Below, piece after piece: positions 15,890-27,689 of a stretch of 64,000 nt of DNA. Under the pieces are notes generated by a model. The model saw only the letters and a program-made list of their open reading frames with translations. It did not search any database and was not told the origin of the DNA. Source of the DNA: Eledone cirrhosa (taxonomy: Eukaryota); NCBI GenBank assembly GCA_964016885.1, contig OZ024759.1, positions 9,610,001 through 9,674,000 on the forward strand, read 5' to 3'. Position 1 is the stretch's first letter; each line of letters starts with the position of its first letter. The translations under genes were made by a program, and so were the position numbers.

Positions 15890-16600
15890 AAATGCCGGCA
15901 GCTATCTAAGAACGTAGATTTTATATGTGGCCAATGCTCAGGTGCAATAAGTAGCAAGTGTCCACAGGATACTAGCTCCTTCTATTGCCCAGATGGTTCT
16001 ATAGAAATAGTGGACACCTTCCGTTATCTGGGTGACAAAATCAGCAGTGGTGGAGGGTGCTCTGAAAGTGTAATAGCCAGAGTTAGAATTGGAATGGAAA
16101 AAGTTCAGAGAGCTTATACCACTATTTGCCACTAAAGGTTTCTCTCTAAAAATGAAAGGCAGACTGTATGATGCCTGCATACAAACAGCTATGTTACATG
16201 GCAGTGAGACATGGGCATTGTGGCAGAGGACCTGCGCAGACTGGAAACGAACGAAGCTTGCATGCTCCGTTGGATGTGTAAAAGTAATATACGTGAACAG
16301 CAAAGCATAAATGAACTAAGTGAGAAATTAGGAATAAGAGGGATCAGATGCTGTTTACTTGAGAGAAGACTACGTTGGTATGGCCATGTGATGTGCATGA
16401 AAGACGACAGCTGTATAAAAAAGTGCAGGGCGATCAAAATTGGTGGAAGTTACGGAGTAGGTAGACCCAGAAAAACCTGGGACAACATGATAAAATCCAA
16501 CCTCACACACTTGCACCTCTCTAAGACAATGTCACTGGATCAAGATCTTTGGTGCCACGCTGTAATACAGAAGACCCACCTTTCCTACGTGCAAAGTTAA
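15890..16600 (+). mobile_element. 5'-truncated RTE (BovB-like) LINE 3' end, frameshifted near 16090
   Basis: EIVDTFRYLGD...WKKFREL...GRLYDAC..AMLHGSETW...RRLRWYGHV...GRPRKTW. Confidence 0.9.
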
Positions 16601-16714
16601 TCTACAGTCAGTAGGTCCCTCCAAACCAAACATACACCCCAACCCACTACCCCTACTCCATCCTTCCACTCCTGCCAACACCATCCTTTCTCTATACCAC
16701 AACATCCAGTCCAA

Positions 16715-16983
16715 ACTAATGAGGTCGTGTAGGTGTCACGACAAAAACACACAGTCCACGCTGTAATGTGGTCGTGAAGGTAACAAGGTAAAAACCTCCC
16801 AGTCCACACTGTAAATGTGGTTGGTGTTAGGAAGGGCATCCAGCCGTAGAAAACCTGCCAGACAGTCTCCTATACAAGTGAGACACTGTCACCCGTCCAA
16901 TCTTGCCTCAAGTGGGACAATTCCCGTCTAAACCCATGCTAGCGTGGAAGATAAACGTTAAACAATGATGATGATGATGATGA
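16715..16983 (+). mobile_element. SINE family A-related 3' half with (TGA)n tail, ending just upstream of the exon acceptor
   Basis: gttggtgttaggaagggcatccagccgtagaaa ... aacccatgctagcgtggaa...acgttaa..(tga)n. Confidence 0.75.
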
Positions 16984-17006
16984 CATATTTTATATGATTA
17001 TTTCAG

Positions 17007-17263
17007 CAGATGAACCAAAAAGGAATTGTGTTGATGAGAAGGAGTTTGGAAATATGGAGGAAGCTACAAATGGATATAAGAAAGACTTAGAAGCAAAGAC
17101 AATGGAGGAGGATTTGAAAGGAATTAACCAACTAGGGGACAGGGATATTGTTTTGAACCCAAGCAAAGATATTAGCATAGAATATGAAATTGAGAACAAT
17201 GCATTGCTTTATCGAGTTTGTGATGTCCCACCTCTACGTGTCAGCTTGCTGGTGGCTCTACAG
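17007..17263 (+). CDS. SLC23A: SLC23/NAT transporter exon: N-terminus to TM1 (...LLYRVCDVPPLRVSLLVALQ)
   Basis: Acceptor tttcag|cag|at (NAGNAG), donor CAG|gtaact. The 'LLY.V.DVPP....L..LQ' motif is typical of SLC23 proteins. Confidence 0.85.
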
Positions 17264-17374
17264 GTAACTTTTGTCCTTCTCCTCCATCATCATCATCACC
17301 ACCCCCACTATCATCATCATCTTCATCATCATCACCACCTCTTCCCCCAGCTCCAATCTGGTTAAGCTGGTGTC

Positions 17375-17740
17375 ATCATAAAAAGCACCCAGTACACTCT
17401 GTAAAGTGGTAGTGTTGGTGCCATGATAAAATACACCCAGTACACTCTGTAAAGTGATTGTTGGTACCATGAGAAAATACATCCAGTCCACTCTGTAAAG
17501 TGTCAGTGCTGGTGTCATGATAAAATACACCCAGTACACTCTGTAAAGTGGCAGTGCTGGTGTCATGATAAAATACACCCAGTCCACTCTGTAAAGTGGC
17601 AGTGCTGGTGTCACGATAAAATACACCCAGTACACTCTGTAAAGTGACAGTGAAGGTCTCACGATAAAATACACCCAGTCCACTCTGTAAAGTGGCAGTG
17701 CTGGTGTCACGATAAAATACACCCAGTCCACTCTGTAAAA
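17375..17740. repeat. SINE-derived ~48-bp tandem array (aaatacacccagtccactctgtaaagtggcagtgctggtgtcatgat)
   Basis: Unit resembles the SINE A internal segment. Confidence 0.85.
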
Positions 17741-17816
17741 TCTACTCCTTGTTTTTCATTTACTCTGTGTTTACAATAAGCATGAACTAACTTTATTTCT
17801 GGTATATTTGAAACAG

Positions 17817-17974
17817 CAATCTCTCTTGTCGATATCCAGCAGTTTCACAGTAGGTTTCATCTTGGCTGATGTCGTCTGTGCTCACCAAAATGATATACTC
17901 AAGGCCAAGTTAATATGTAGTATTATGTTTGTGTCAGGTTTAACAACCTTTCTTCAGAGCACCATTGGAATACG
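17817..17974 (+). CDS. SLC23A: SLC23 exon (QSLLSISSSFTVGFILADVVCAHQNDILKAKLICSIMFVSGLTTFLQSTIGIR)
   Basis: aaacag|CAA ... ATA CG|gtaaga; 158 nt, phase 0 to 2; SLC23 TM2 motif 'FVSGLTTFLQST.G.R'. Confidence 0.93.
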
Positions 17975-17979
17975 GTAAG

Positions 17980-18525
17980 ATTTCTTCTTCTTTTATCTCT
18001 TCTTCCTCCACCTTCTCTTCTTCTTCTTCCTCCACCTTCTCTTCTTCTTCCTCCACCTTCTCTTCTTCTTCCTCTACCTTCTCCTCCACCTTCTCTTCTC
18101 CTTCTTCCTCCACCTTCTCTTCTTCCTCCACCTTCTCTTCTCCTTCTCTTCTTCTTCCTCTACCTTCTCCTCATTCTCTTTCTCCTCCACCTTCTCTTCT
18201 TCTTCCTCCACCTTCTCTTCTTCTTCCTCCACCTTCTCTTCTTCTTCCACCTTCTCCTCATTCTCTTTCTCCTCCACCTTCTCTTCTCCTTCTTCCTCCA
18301 CCTTTTCTTCTTCCTCTACCTTCTCTTCTTCTTCCTCTACCTTCTCCTCATTCTCTTTCTCCTCCACCTTCTCTTCTTCTTCCACCTTTTCTTCTTCTTC
18401 TATCTCCTTCTTCCTCCACCTTCTCATTCTATATCTCCTTCACCTTTTCTTCTTCTTCTTCCACCTTCTCTTCTTCTTTCTCCTTCTTCCTCCACCTTCT
18501 CCTCACCCCCCCCCTCCATCTTCTT
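17980..18525. repeat. Polypyrimidine (CTT/CCT/CCACCTT) low-complexity tract
   Basis: Seen directly. Confidence 0.95.
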
Positions 18526-18574
18526 CAGTGCAGAGCAATTGATGAGATTTGAACTATTGACATTTCGGTTATTA

Positions 18575-18760
18575 TTTCGGCAGTATCGGTAGAGGGTCGG
18601 ACGCCATGCTTTGCAGCAAAGAGTTATGTCCCTTTACGGTCTGAGTTCAAATCCCGTCGAGGTTAACTTTGCCTTTCATCCTTACGGGGTCGATAAAATA
18701 AAGTACCAGTAATGCACTGGCATAATTGCTGGCCTTGTGCCAAAAGTAGAAACAATTATT
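18575..18760 (+). mobile_element. SINE family B (MetaSINE-like)
   Basis: ggcagtatcggtagagggtcgg...gagttcaaatcccg...cctttcatccttacggggtcgataaaataaagtaccag; further copies at about 3455-3590, 19662-19875(-), 20662-20850, 49436-49620, 49632-49820. Confidence 0.8.
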
Positions 18761-19921
18761 TGAAAAACAATGAAACAATAACAAAAGCAAAGTTCTAACC
18801 TTGAAATAAACTTATATATTTATGACAAGTATGTTTTGAAACTGAGCAAGTTTGAAATTAGAAAATAGAAGCTTTCACCGTATTTTTTGACTAAAGAAAT
18901 TTTTAGCCTGATAGTAGGGTTTAGAACCCTCAGAGAAATGGAAAAAGATGAGATCTACATTGTTTATATTGCAATTATCTTAAGAATATTATAATTACTC
19001 AAGCATCGCAACCCACCTCGTAGAAGAACATAAAATATATAAATACCTGGGTTTGTCCGGCTGCTTCCTCTTCACACCGGTTGCCATCGAGACCTCAGGC
19101 ATACTTGGAATCCTATTGGTTAACCAGGAGCTACAGTAGATGATACAGTGCAACCTCACTTCACAAGCAATTTTGTCAAACATAAAACATCTCAGTTGAT
19201 GAACACACAAGCTGGCAACATTGGTTGGCAACAAGCTGGGAGTATTGGTGGGAAAGTGTGTCACTTGCTGTGTAGTTAGTTGCTATGGTGATATCTGTCT
19301 TTCACACACACAGTCTCTTTCAAGTAACAAATACTCTGGCAGTTGAAGTAGTGGCGGGAAAGCCTCACTTGCTGTGTAGTTAGATACTATAGTGGTATCT
19401 ATCTATCTTCCACACAGTCTCCCTCCCCCCTCTCTCTATTTCTCTCTCAACATTTCATATGAGGAAAATAGTTTTACTTTACAAACATTTGGGGTAACAA
19501 AAGGCCTTCAGAAATAAATTAAGTTTATGAACCGAGGTTCCACTGTACTTGCTTAAGATGCTGTTCAGCACAAGTAAACTTAGAAGAACACTGGTGCAAA
19601 ATAAACCACATAACAATACCTGTACACATTGCACATGTCGGGACAGACTTTAAGATATAAGGATTTCTACTTTAGGCACAAGGCCGGCAATTTGGGGGGA
19701 GGGAAAAGTCAATTAAATTGATCCCAGTGTGTCACTGGTACTTTATTTTATCGAACCCATAAGAATGAAAGGCAAAGTTAACATCGGTGGGATTTGAACT
19801 CAGAACATAAAGGTCATAATTCTATACCGAAAAGCATGGTGTCCGACCCTCTACCAATATTGCCAATTCACCGCTGTAATATATAATGACAATTTTTGTG
19901 CTTTCTTTTTTAACCATTCAG

Positions 19922-20016
19922 ACTGCCATTATACCAAGGGCCAACCGTAGAATATATGATTCCATTGCTTGCACTGAAGGATTCCATTGAATGGAAATGT
20001 ACCAATGATGTTGACG
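19922..20016 (+). CDS. SLC23A: SLC23 exon (LPLYQGPTVEYMIPLLALKDSIEWKCTNDVD)
   Basis: ttcag|A CTG CCA ... GAC G|gtaat; phase 2 to 1; 'RLPL.QG....WKC' SLC23 motif. Confidence 0.93.
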
Positions 20017-20089
20017 GTAATATATCATATTTCTAACAGTTTGTCTAACAGATATTTCTGGAAGGTGCTACTAACAAAGCTGTTATTCC

Positions 20090-20660
20090 CAGCTGTCATT
20101 CCTAGCTGTCATTACTGGCTGGCATTGCTAACTGTCATTGTTAGCTGTCATTGCTAACTGTCATTCCTAGCTGTCATTACCAGCTGTCATTGCTAGTTGT
20201 CATTCCTAGCTGTCATTGCTAGTTGTCATTACTAGCTGTCATTGCTAGTTGTCATTACCAGCTGTCATTGCTAGTTGTCATTCCTAGCTGTCATTGCTAG
20301 TTGTCATTACTAGCTGTCATTACTAGTTGTCATTACCAGCTGTCATTGCTAGTTGTCATTCCTAACTGTCATTACTAGCTGTCATTGCTGGCTGTCATTG
20401 CTGGCTGTCATTACTAGCTGTCATTACTAGCTGTCATTCCTAACTGTCATTACTAGCTGTCATTACTAGCTGTCATTCCCAGCTGGCATTGCTAGCTGTC
20501 ATTGCTGGCTGTCATTCATTCCTAGCTGTCATTGTTAGCTGTAATTATTAGCTGTCATTACCAGCTGTCATTACCAGTTGTCATTACTAGCTGTCATTAC
20601 TAGCTATCATTGCTATCCTGTGACATCAACTGTCATTGCTATGATGTGACATCAGCTGTC
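20090..20660. repeat. 13-bp tandem repeat (AGCTGTCATTRCT)
   Basis: Direct periodicity. Confidence 0.9.
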
Positions 20661-20849
20661 AGTGGATTGGCAGTATCAGTAGAGAGTCGGACACCATGCT
20701 TTGTAACAAAGAGTTATGACCCTTTATGATCTGAGTTCAAATCCCGCCAAGGTTAACTTTGCCTTTCATCCTGACGGGGTCAATAAAATAAAGTACCAGT
20801 AATACACTGGGTAATTGCTGGCCTTGTGCCAAAACGTAGAAACAATTAC

Positions 20850-23800
20850 TATCATGTGACATCAGCTGTCATTGCTATCATGTGACATCAGCTGTCATTA
20901 CTATCATGTGACGTCAGCTGTCATTGCTGTCATGTGACATCAGCTGTCATTGCAATCCTGTGACATCAGCTGTCATTTCAATCATGTGACATCAGCTGTC
21001 ATTACTATCATGTGACGTCAGCTGTCATTACTATCATGTGACATTATCTGTCATTACTATCATGTGACATCAGCTGTCATTACTATCATGTGACAACAGC
21101 TGTCATTGCTGTCATGTGACATCAGCTGTCATTGCTATCATGTGACATCAGCTGTCATTACTATCATGTGACGTCAGCTGTCATTACTATCATGTGACAA
21201 CAGCTGTCATTACTATCATGTGACGTCAGCTGTCATTTCAATCATGTGACATCAGCTGTCATTACTATCATGTGACATCAGCTGTCATTACTATCATGTG
21301 ACATCAGCTGTCATTGCTATCATGCGACATCAGCTGTCATTACTATCATGTGACGTCAGCTGTCATTTCAATCATGTGACGTCAGCTGTCATTGAAATCC
21401 TGTGACATCAGCTGTCATTACTATCATGTGACATCAGCTGTCATTGCTATCATGTGACATCAGCTGTCATTGCTATCATGTGACATCAGCTGTCATTACT
21501 ATCATGTGACGTCAGCTGTCATTACTATCATGTGACAACAGCTGTCATTACTATCATGTGACGTCAGCTGTCATTTCAATCATGTGACATCAGCTGTCAT
21601 TACTATCATGTGACATCAGCTGTCATTACTATCATGTGACATCAGCTGTCATTGCTATCATGTGACATCAGCTGTCATTACTATCATGTGACGTCAGCTG
21701 TCATTTCAATCATGTGACGTCAGCTGTCATTGAAATCCTGTGACATCAGCTGTCATTACTATCATGTGACATCAGCTGTCATTGCTATCATGTGACATCA
21801 GCTGTCATTGCTATCATGTGACATCAGCTGTCATTGCTATCATGTGACATCAGCTGTCATTACTATCATGTGACATCAGCTGTCATTACTATCATGTGAC
21901 GTCAGCTGTCATTGCTGTCATGTGACATCAGCTGTCATTTCAATCATGTGACATCAGCTGTCATTGCAATCCTGTGACATCAGCTGTCATTACTATCATG
22001 TGACGTCAGCTGTCATTTCAATCATGTGACATCAGCTGTCATTACTATCATGTGACAACAGCTGTCATTGCTGTCATGTGACATCAGCTGTCATTACTAT
22101 CATGTGACAACAGCTGTCATTGCTGTCATGTGACATCAGCTGTCATTACTATCATATGACATCAGCTGTCATTGCTATCATGTGACATCAGCTGTCATTA
22201 CTATCATGTGACATCAGCTGTTATTGCTATCATGTGACATCAGCTGTCATTGCTATCCTGTGACATCAGCTGTCATTACTATCATGTGACATCAGCTGTC
22301 ATTACTATCATGTGACATCAGCTGTCATTACTATCATGTGATATCAGCTGTCATTACTATCATGTGACATCAGCTGTCATTGCTATCATGTGACATCAGC
22401 TGTCATTACTATCATGTGACATCAGCTGTCATTGCTGTCATGTGACATCAGCTGTCATTGCTGTCATGTGACATCAGCTGTCATTACTGTCATGTGACAT
22501 CAGCTGTCATTACTATCATGTGACATCAGCTGTCATGTGACATCAGCTGTCATTGCTATCATGTGACATCAGCTGTCATTGCTATCATGTGACATCAGCT
22601 GTCATTGCTATCATGTGACATCAGCTGTCATTACTATCATGTGACAACAGCTGTCATTGCTGTCATGTGACATCAGCTGTCATTACTATCATGTGACGTC
22701 AGCTGTCATTGCTGTCATGTGACATCAGCTGCCATTTCAATCATGTGACATCAGCTGTCATTACTATCATGTGACATCAGCTGTCATTACTATCATGTGA
22801 CGTCAGCTGTCATTGCTGTCATGTGACATCAGCTGTCATTTCAATCATGTGACATCAGCTGTCATTACTATCATGTGACATCAGCTGTCATTGCTATCAT
22901 GTGACATCAGCTGTCATTGCTATCATGTGACATCAGCTGTCATTACTACCATGTGACGTCAGCTGTCATTACTATCATGTAACATCAGCTGTCATTGCTG
23001 TCATGTGACATCAGCTGTCATTACTATCATGTGACGTCAGCTGTCATTACTATCATGTGACATCAGCTGTCATTACTATCATGTGACATCAGCTGTCATT
23101 ACTATCATGTGACATCAGCTGTCATTACTATCATGTGACATCAGCTGTCATTACTATCATGTGACATCAGCTGTCATTACTATCATGTGACATCAGCTGT
23201 CATTACTATCATGTGACATCAGCTGTCATTACTATCATGTGACGTCAGCTGTCATTACTATCATGTGACATCAGCTGTCATTTCTATCACGTGGCAACAG
23301 CTGTCATTACTATCATGTGACATCAGCTGTCATTACTGTCATGTGACATCAGCTGTCATTACTATCATGTGACATCAGCTGTCATTACTATCATGTGACA
23401 TCAGCTGTCATTACTATCATGTGGCAACAGCTGTCATTACTATCATGTGACATCAGCTGTCATTACTATCATGTGACATCAGCTGTCATTACTATCATGT
23501 GACATCAGCTGTCATTACTATCATGTGACATCAGCTGTCATTACTATCATGTGACATCAGCTGTCATTACTATCATGTGACGTCAGCTGTCATTACTATC
23601 ATGTGACATCAGCTGTCATTTCTATCACGTGGCAACAGCTGTCATTACTATCATGTGACATCAGCTGTCATTACTATCATGTGACATCAGCTGTCATTAC
23701 TATCATGTGACATCAGCTGTCATTACTATCATGTGACATCAGCTGTCATTACTATCATGTGGCAACAGCTGTCATTACTATCATGTGACATCAGCTGTCA

Positions 23801-24725
23801 TTACTATCATGTGACATCAGCTGTCATTACTATCATGTGACATCAGCTGTCATTACTATCATGTGACATCAGCTGTCATTACTATCATGTGGCAACAGCT
23901 GTCATTACTATCATGTAACATCAGCTGTCATTACTATCATGTGACATCAGCTGTCATTACTATCATGTGACGTCAGCTGTCATTACTACCATGTGACATC
24001 AGCTGTCATTACTATCATGTGACATTAGCTGTCATTACTATCATGTGACATCAGCTGTCATTACTATCATGTGACGTCAGCTGTCATTACTATCATGTGA
24101 CATCAGCTGTCATTACTATCATGTGGCAACAGCTGTCATTACTATCATGTGACATCAGCTGTCATTACTATCATGTGACATCAGCTGTCATTACTATCAT
24201 GTGACATCAGCTGTCATTACTATCATGTGACATCAGCTGTCATTACTATCATGTGGCAACAGCTGTCATTACTATCATGTAACATCAGCTGTCATTACTA
24301 TCATGTGACATCAGCTGTCATTACTATCATGTGACGTCAGCTGTCATTACTATCATGTGACATCAGCTGTCATTACTATCATGTGACATCAGCTGTCATT
24401 ACTATCATGTGACATCAGCTGTCATTACTATCATGTGGCAACAGCTGTCATTACTATCATGTAACATCAGCTGTCATTACTATCATGTGACATCAGCTGT
24501 CATTACTATCATGTGACGTCAGCTGTCATTACTACCATGTGACATCAGCTGTCATTACTATCATGTGACATTAGCTGTCATTACTATCATGTGACATCAG
24601 CTGTCATTACTATCATGTGACGTCAGCTGTCATTACTATCATGTGACATCAGCTGTCATTTCTATCACGTGACAACAGCTGTCATTTCAATCATGTGACA
24701 ACAGTCATCATTGTCATTTCATGAC
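20850..24725. repeat. 26-bp satellite (ATCATGTGACATCAGCTGTCATTACT), about 150 copies
   Basis: Direct periodicity; contains the 13-mer of the upstream array. Confidence 0.97.
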
Positions 24726-24829
24726 ATCAATATTTGTTGCAGTGGAGGCTGAACAATTAAAATTATAAATTCACTAAATAAAACCATCTTTATTTAATGA
24801 AAACATTTGAGATATTTTTTATATTTTAG

Positions 24830-24912
24830 TTTCTTTAAATCAGACTTTGAGTGTCAATAAAACAATGGATCCCAGTGCATCCGAAGATCTAATCTATACT
24901 AGGATTCAGATG
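24830..24912 (+). CDS. SLC23A: SLC23 exon, extracellular loop (VSLNQTLSVNKTMDPSASEDLIYTRIQM)
   Basis: ttttag|TT ... ATG|gtaagt; phase 1 to 0; two N-glycosylation sequons (NQT, NKT) in the TM3-TM4 loop, as in SVCTs. Confidence 0.85.
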
Positions 24913-25134
24913 GTAAGTAATCTTGGAGAATAAATATAATTTTTATCTACAGAAATATTTATATAAATCTATAAGAAATGAAGAGTAGAAGAAAATGAAA
25001 CAAAATCGAATAAAAGAAGAAATTAATCTTTAGTACGCTGAAGCTTTTTATGAGTTGCTTTCCTTGACACAGCCTTATTTATTAAGGGGAGATTACTCTA
25101 GTGGCGACATAAGAGGTCTCGAGCACACTGAAGG

Positions 25135-25334
25135 TTAACCCTTTAGCCTTTAAATTACTCTATATTTATTATTGTATTTTCATGGTAAACACTTTAACTC
25201 ACATAATATTGAATCTATGAGATTTTGATACAATACCTTAACATAAGTATGAGCAGTCGGTTACATCCAGTTCAAACAGAAAGAGGTGAGAGAATTCTGG
25301 CCGGATGCAACCGGTTTAAATGCTAAAGGGTTAG
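25135..25334 (+). mobile_element. piggyBac-like MITE (TTAA-CCCTTTAGC ... GCTAAAGGG-TTA)
   Basis: TIRs starting CCC next to TTAA; same family as 31887-32977 and 35497-35727. Confidence 0.7.
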
Positions 25335-25439
25335 ACAATGAAAGGAAGGGGAAGTGAGTGAAAGACTCTACCCCTCTGTCTCTGTGGTATCTCTCAGCTG
25401 CATCTTGTGGACAAATTGGTGAAGGTATTGCTACAGAGA

Positions 25440-27570
25440 ACAGCCACTCAACCCTCGCAGCACCAGCCACTCGACCCTCGCTGCACCAGCCACTCAACCC
25501 TCGCAGCACCAGCCACTCGACCCTCGCTGCAACAGCCACTCGACCCTCGCTGCACCAGCCACTCAACCCTCGCAGCAACACCCACTCGACCCTCGATGCA
25601 CCAGCCACTCGACCCTCGCAGCAACAGCCACTCAACCCTCGCAGCAACAGCCACTCAACCCTCACAGCAACAGCCACTCAACCCTCGCAGCAACAGCCAC
25701 TCAACCCTCACAGCAACAGCCACTCAACCCTCGCAGCAACAGCCACTCAACCCTCACAGCAACACCCACTCGACCCTCGATGCACCAGCCACTCAACCCT
25801 GGCTGCAACACCCACTCGACCCTCGCAGCAACAGCCACTCGACCCTCGCTGCACCAGCCACTCGACCCTCGCTGCAACACCCACTCGACCCTCGCTGCAA
25901 CAGCCACTCGACCCTCGCTGCAACACCCACTCGACCCTCGCTGCAACACCCACTCAACCCTCGCTGCAACACCCACTCGACCCTCGCTGCACCAGCCACT
26001 CGACCCTCGCTGCAACAGCCACTCGACCCTCGCTGCAACAGCCACTCGACCCTCGCTGCAACAGCCACTCGACCCTCGCAGCAACAGCCACTCGACCCTC
26101 GCTGCAACAGCCACTCGACCCTCGCTGCAACAGCCACTCGACCCTCGCTGCAACAGCCACTCGACCCTCGCTGCAACAGCCACTCGACCCTCGCTGCACC
26201 AGCCACTCGACCCTCGCTGCAACAGCCACTCGACCCTCGCTGCAACACCCACTCGACCCTCGCTGCAACAGCCACTCGACCCTCGCAGCAACAGCCACTC
26301 GACCCTCGATGCACCAGCCACTCGACCCTCGCAGCAACAGCCACTCGACCCTCGCAGCAACAGCCACTCGACCCTCGATGCACCAGCCACTCGACCCTCG
26401 CAGCAACAGCCACTCAACCCTCGATGCACCAGCCACTCGACCCTCGCAGCAACAGCCACTCGACCCTCGCAGCAACAGCCACTCGACCCTCGATGCACCA
26501 GCCACTCGACCCTCGCAGCAACAGCCACTCGACCCTCGCAGCAACATCCACTCGACCCTCGATGCACCAGCCACTCGACCCTCGCAGCAACAGCCACTCG
26601 ACCCTCGATGCACCAGCCACTCGACCCTCGCAGCAACAGCCACTCAACCCTCGATGCACCAGCCACTCGACCCTCGCAGCAACAGCCACTCGACCCTCGC
26701 AGCAACAGCCACTCGACCCTCGATGCACCAGCCACTCGACCCTCGCAGCAACAGCCACTCGACCCTCGCTGCACCAGCCACTCGACCCTCGCAGCAACAG
26801 CCACTCGACCCTCGCAGCAACAGCCACTCAACCCTCGCTGCACCAGCCACTCGACCCTCGATGCACCAGCCACTCGACCCTCGCTGCACCAGCCACTCAA
26901 CCCTCGCTGCACCAGCCACTCAACCCTCGCTGCAACAGCCACTCGACCCTCGCAGCAACAGCCACTCGACCCTCGCTGCACCAGCCACTCGACCCTCGCA
27001 GCAACAGCCACTCGACCCTCGCTGCACCAGCCACTCGACCCTCGCAGCAACAGCCACTCGACCCTCGCTGCACCAGCCACTCGACCCTCGCAGCAACAGC
27101 CACTCGACCCTCGCTGCACCAGCCACTCAACCCTCGATGCACCAGCCACTCAACCCTCGCTGCACCACCCACTCAACCCTCACAGCAACACCCACTCGAC
27201 CCTCGATGCACCAGCCACTCAACCCTCGCTGCACCAGCCACTCAACCTTCACAGCAACAGCCACTCGACCCTCGCAGCAACAGCCACTCGACCCTCGCAG
27301 CAACAGCCACTCAAACCTCGCTGCACCAGCCACTCAACCCTCACAGCAACACCCACTCGACCCTCGATGCACCAGCCACTCGACCCTCGCTGCAACAGCC
27401 ACTCAAACCTCGCAGCAACAGCCACTCGACCCTCACTGCAACAGCCACTCGACCCTCACTGCAACAGCCACTCGACCCTCGCTGCAACAGCCACTCGACC
27501 CTCGATGCACCAGCCACTCAACCCTCGCTGCACCAGCCACTCAACCCTCGCTGCACCAGCCACTCAACCT
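25440..27570. repeat. GC-rich 23-bp satellite (CAGCCACTCGACCCTCGCWGCAM), about 92 copies
   Basis: Direct periodicity; explains the open frames in all three + frames. Confidence 0.97.
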
Positions 27571-27689
27571 CACACAGTTCATTCCTCAAGCAGGCTGCCA
27601 TTTTTCTGATTCTGCAAAAAAAAATGGCAGTTCGGAGACTTAGGACATCTGAAGTATCTACAGCAACCGGTGTAAAACAGAAGCTATCT

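Noticed and set aside
17940-18552. Glu/Lys-rich and Ser/Pro-rich ORFs
   Set aside because: Low-complexity polypurine/polypyrimidine tract in an intron.
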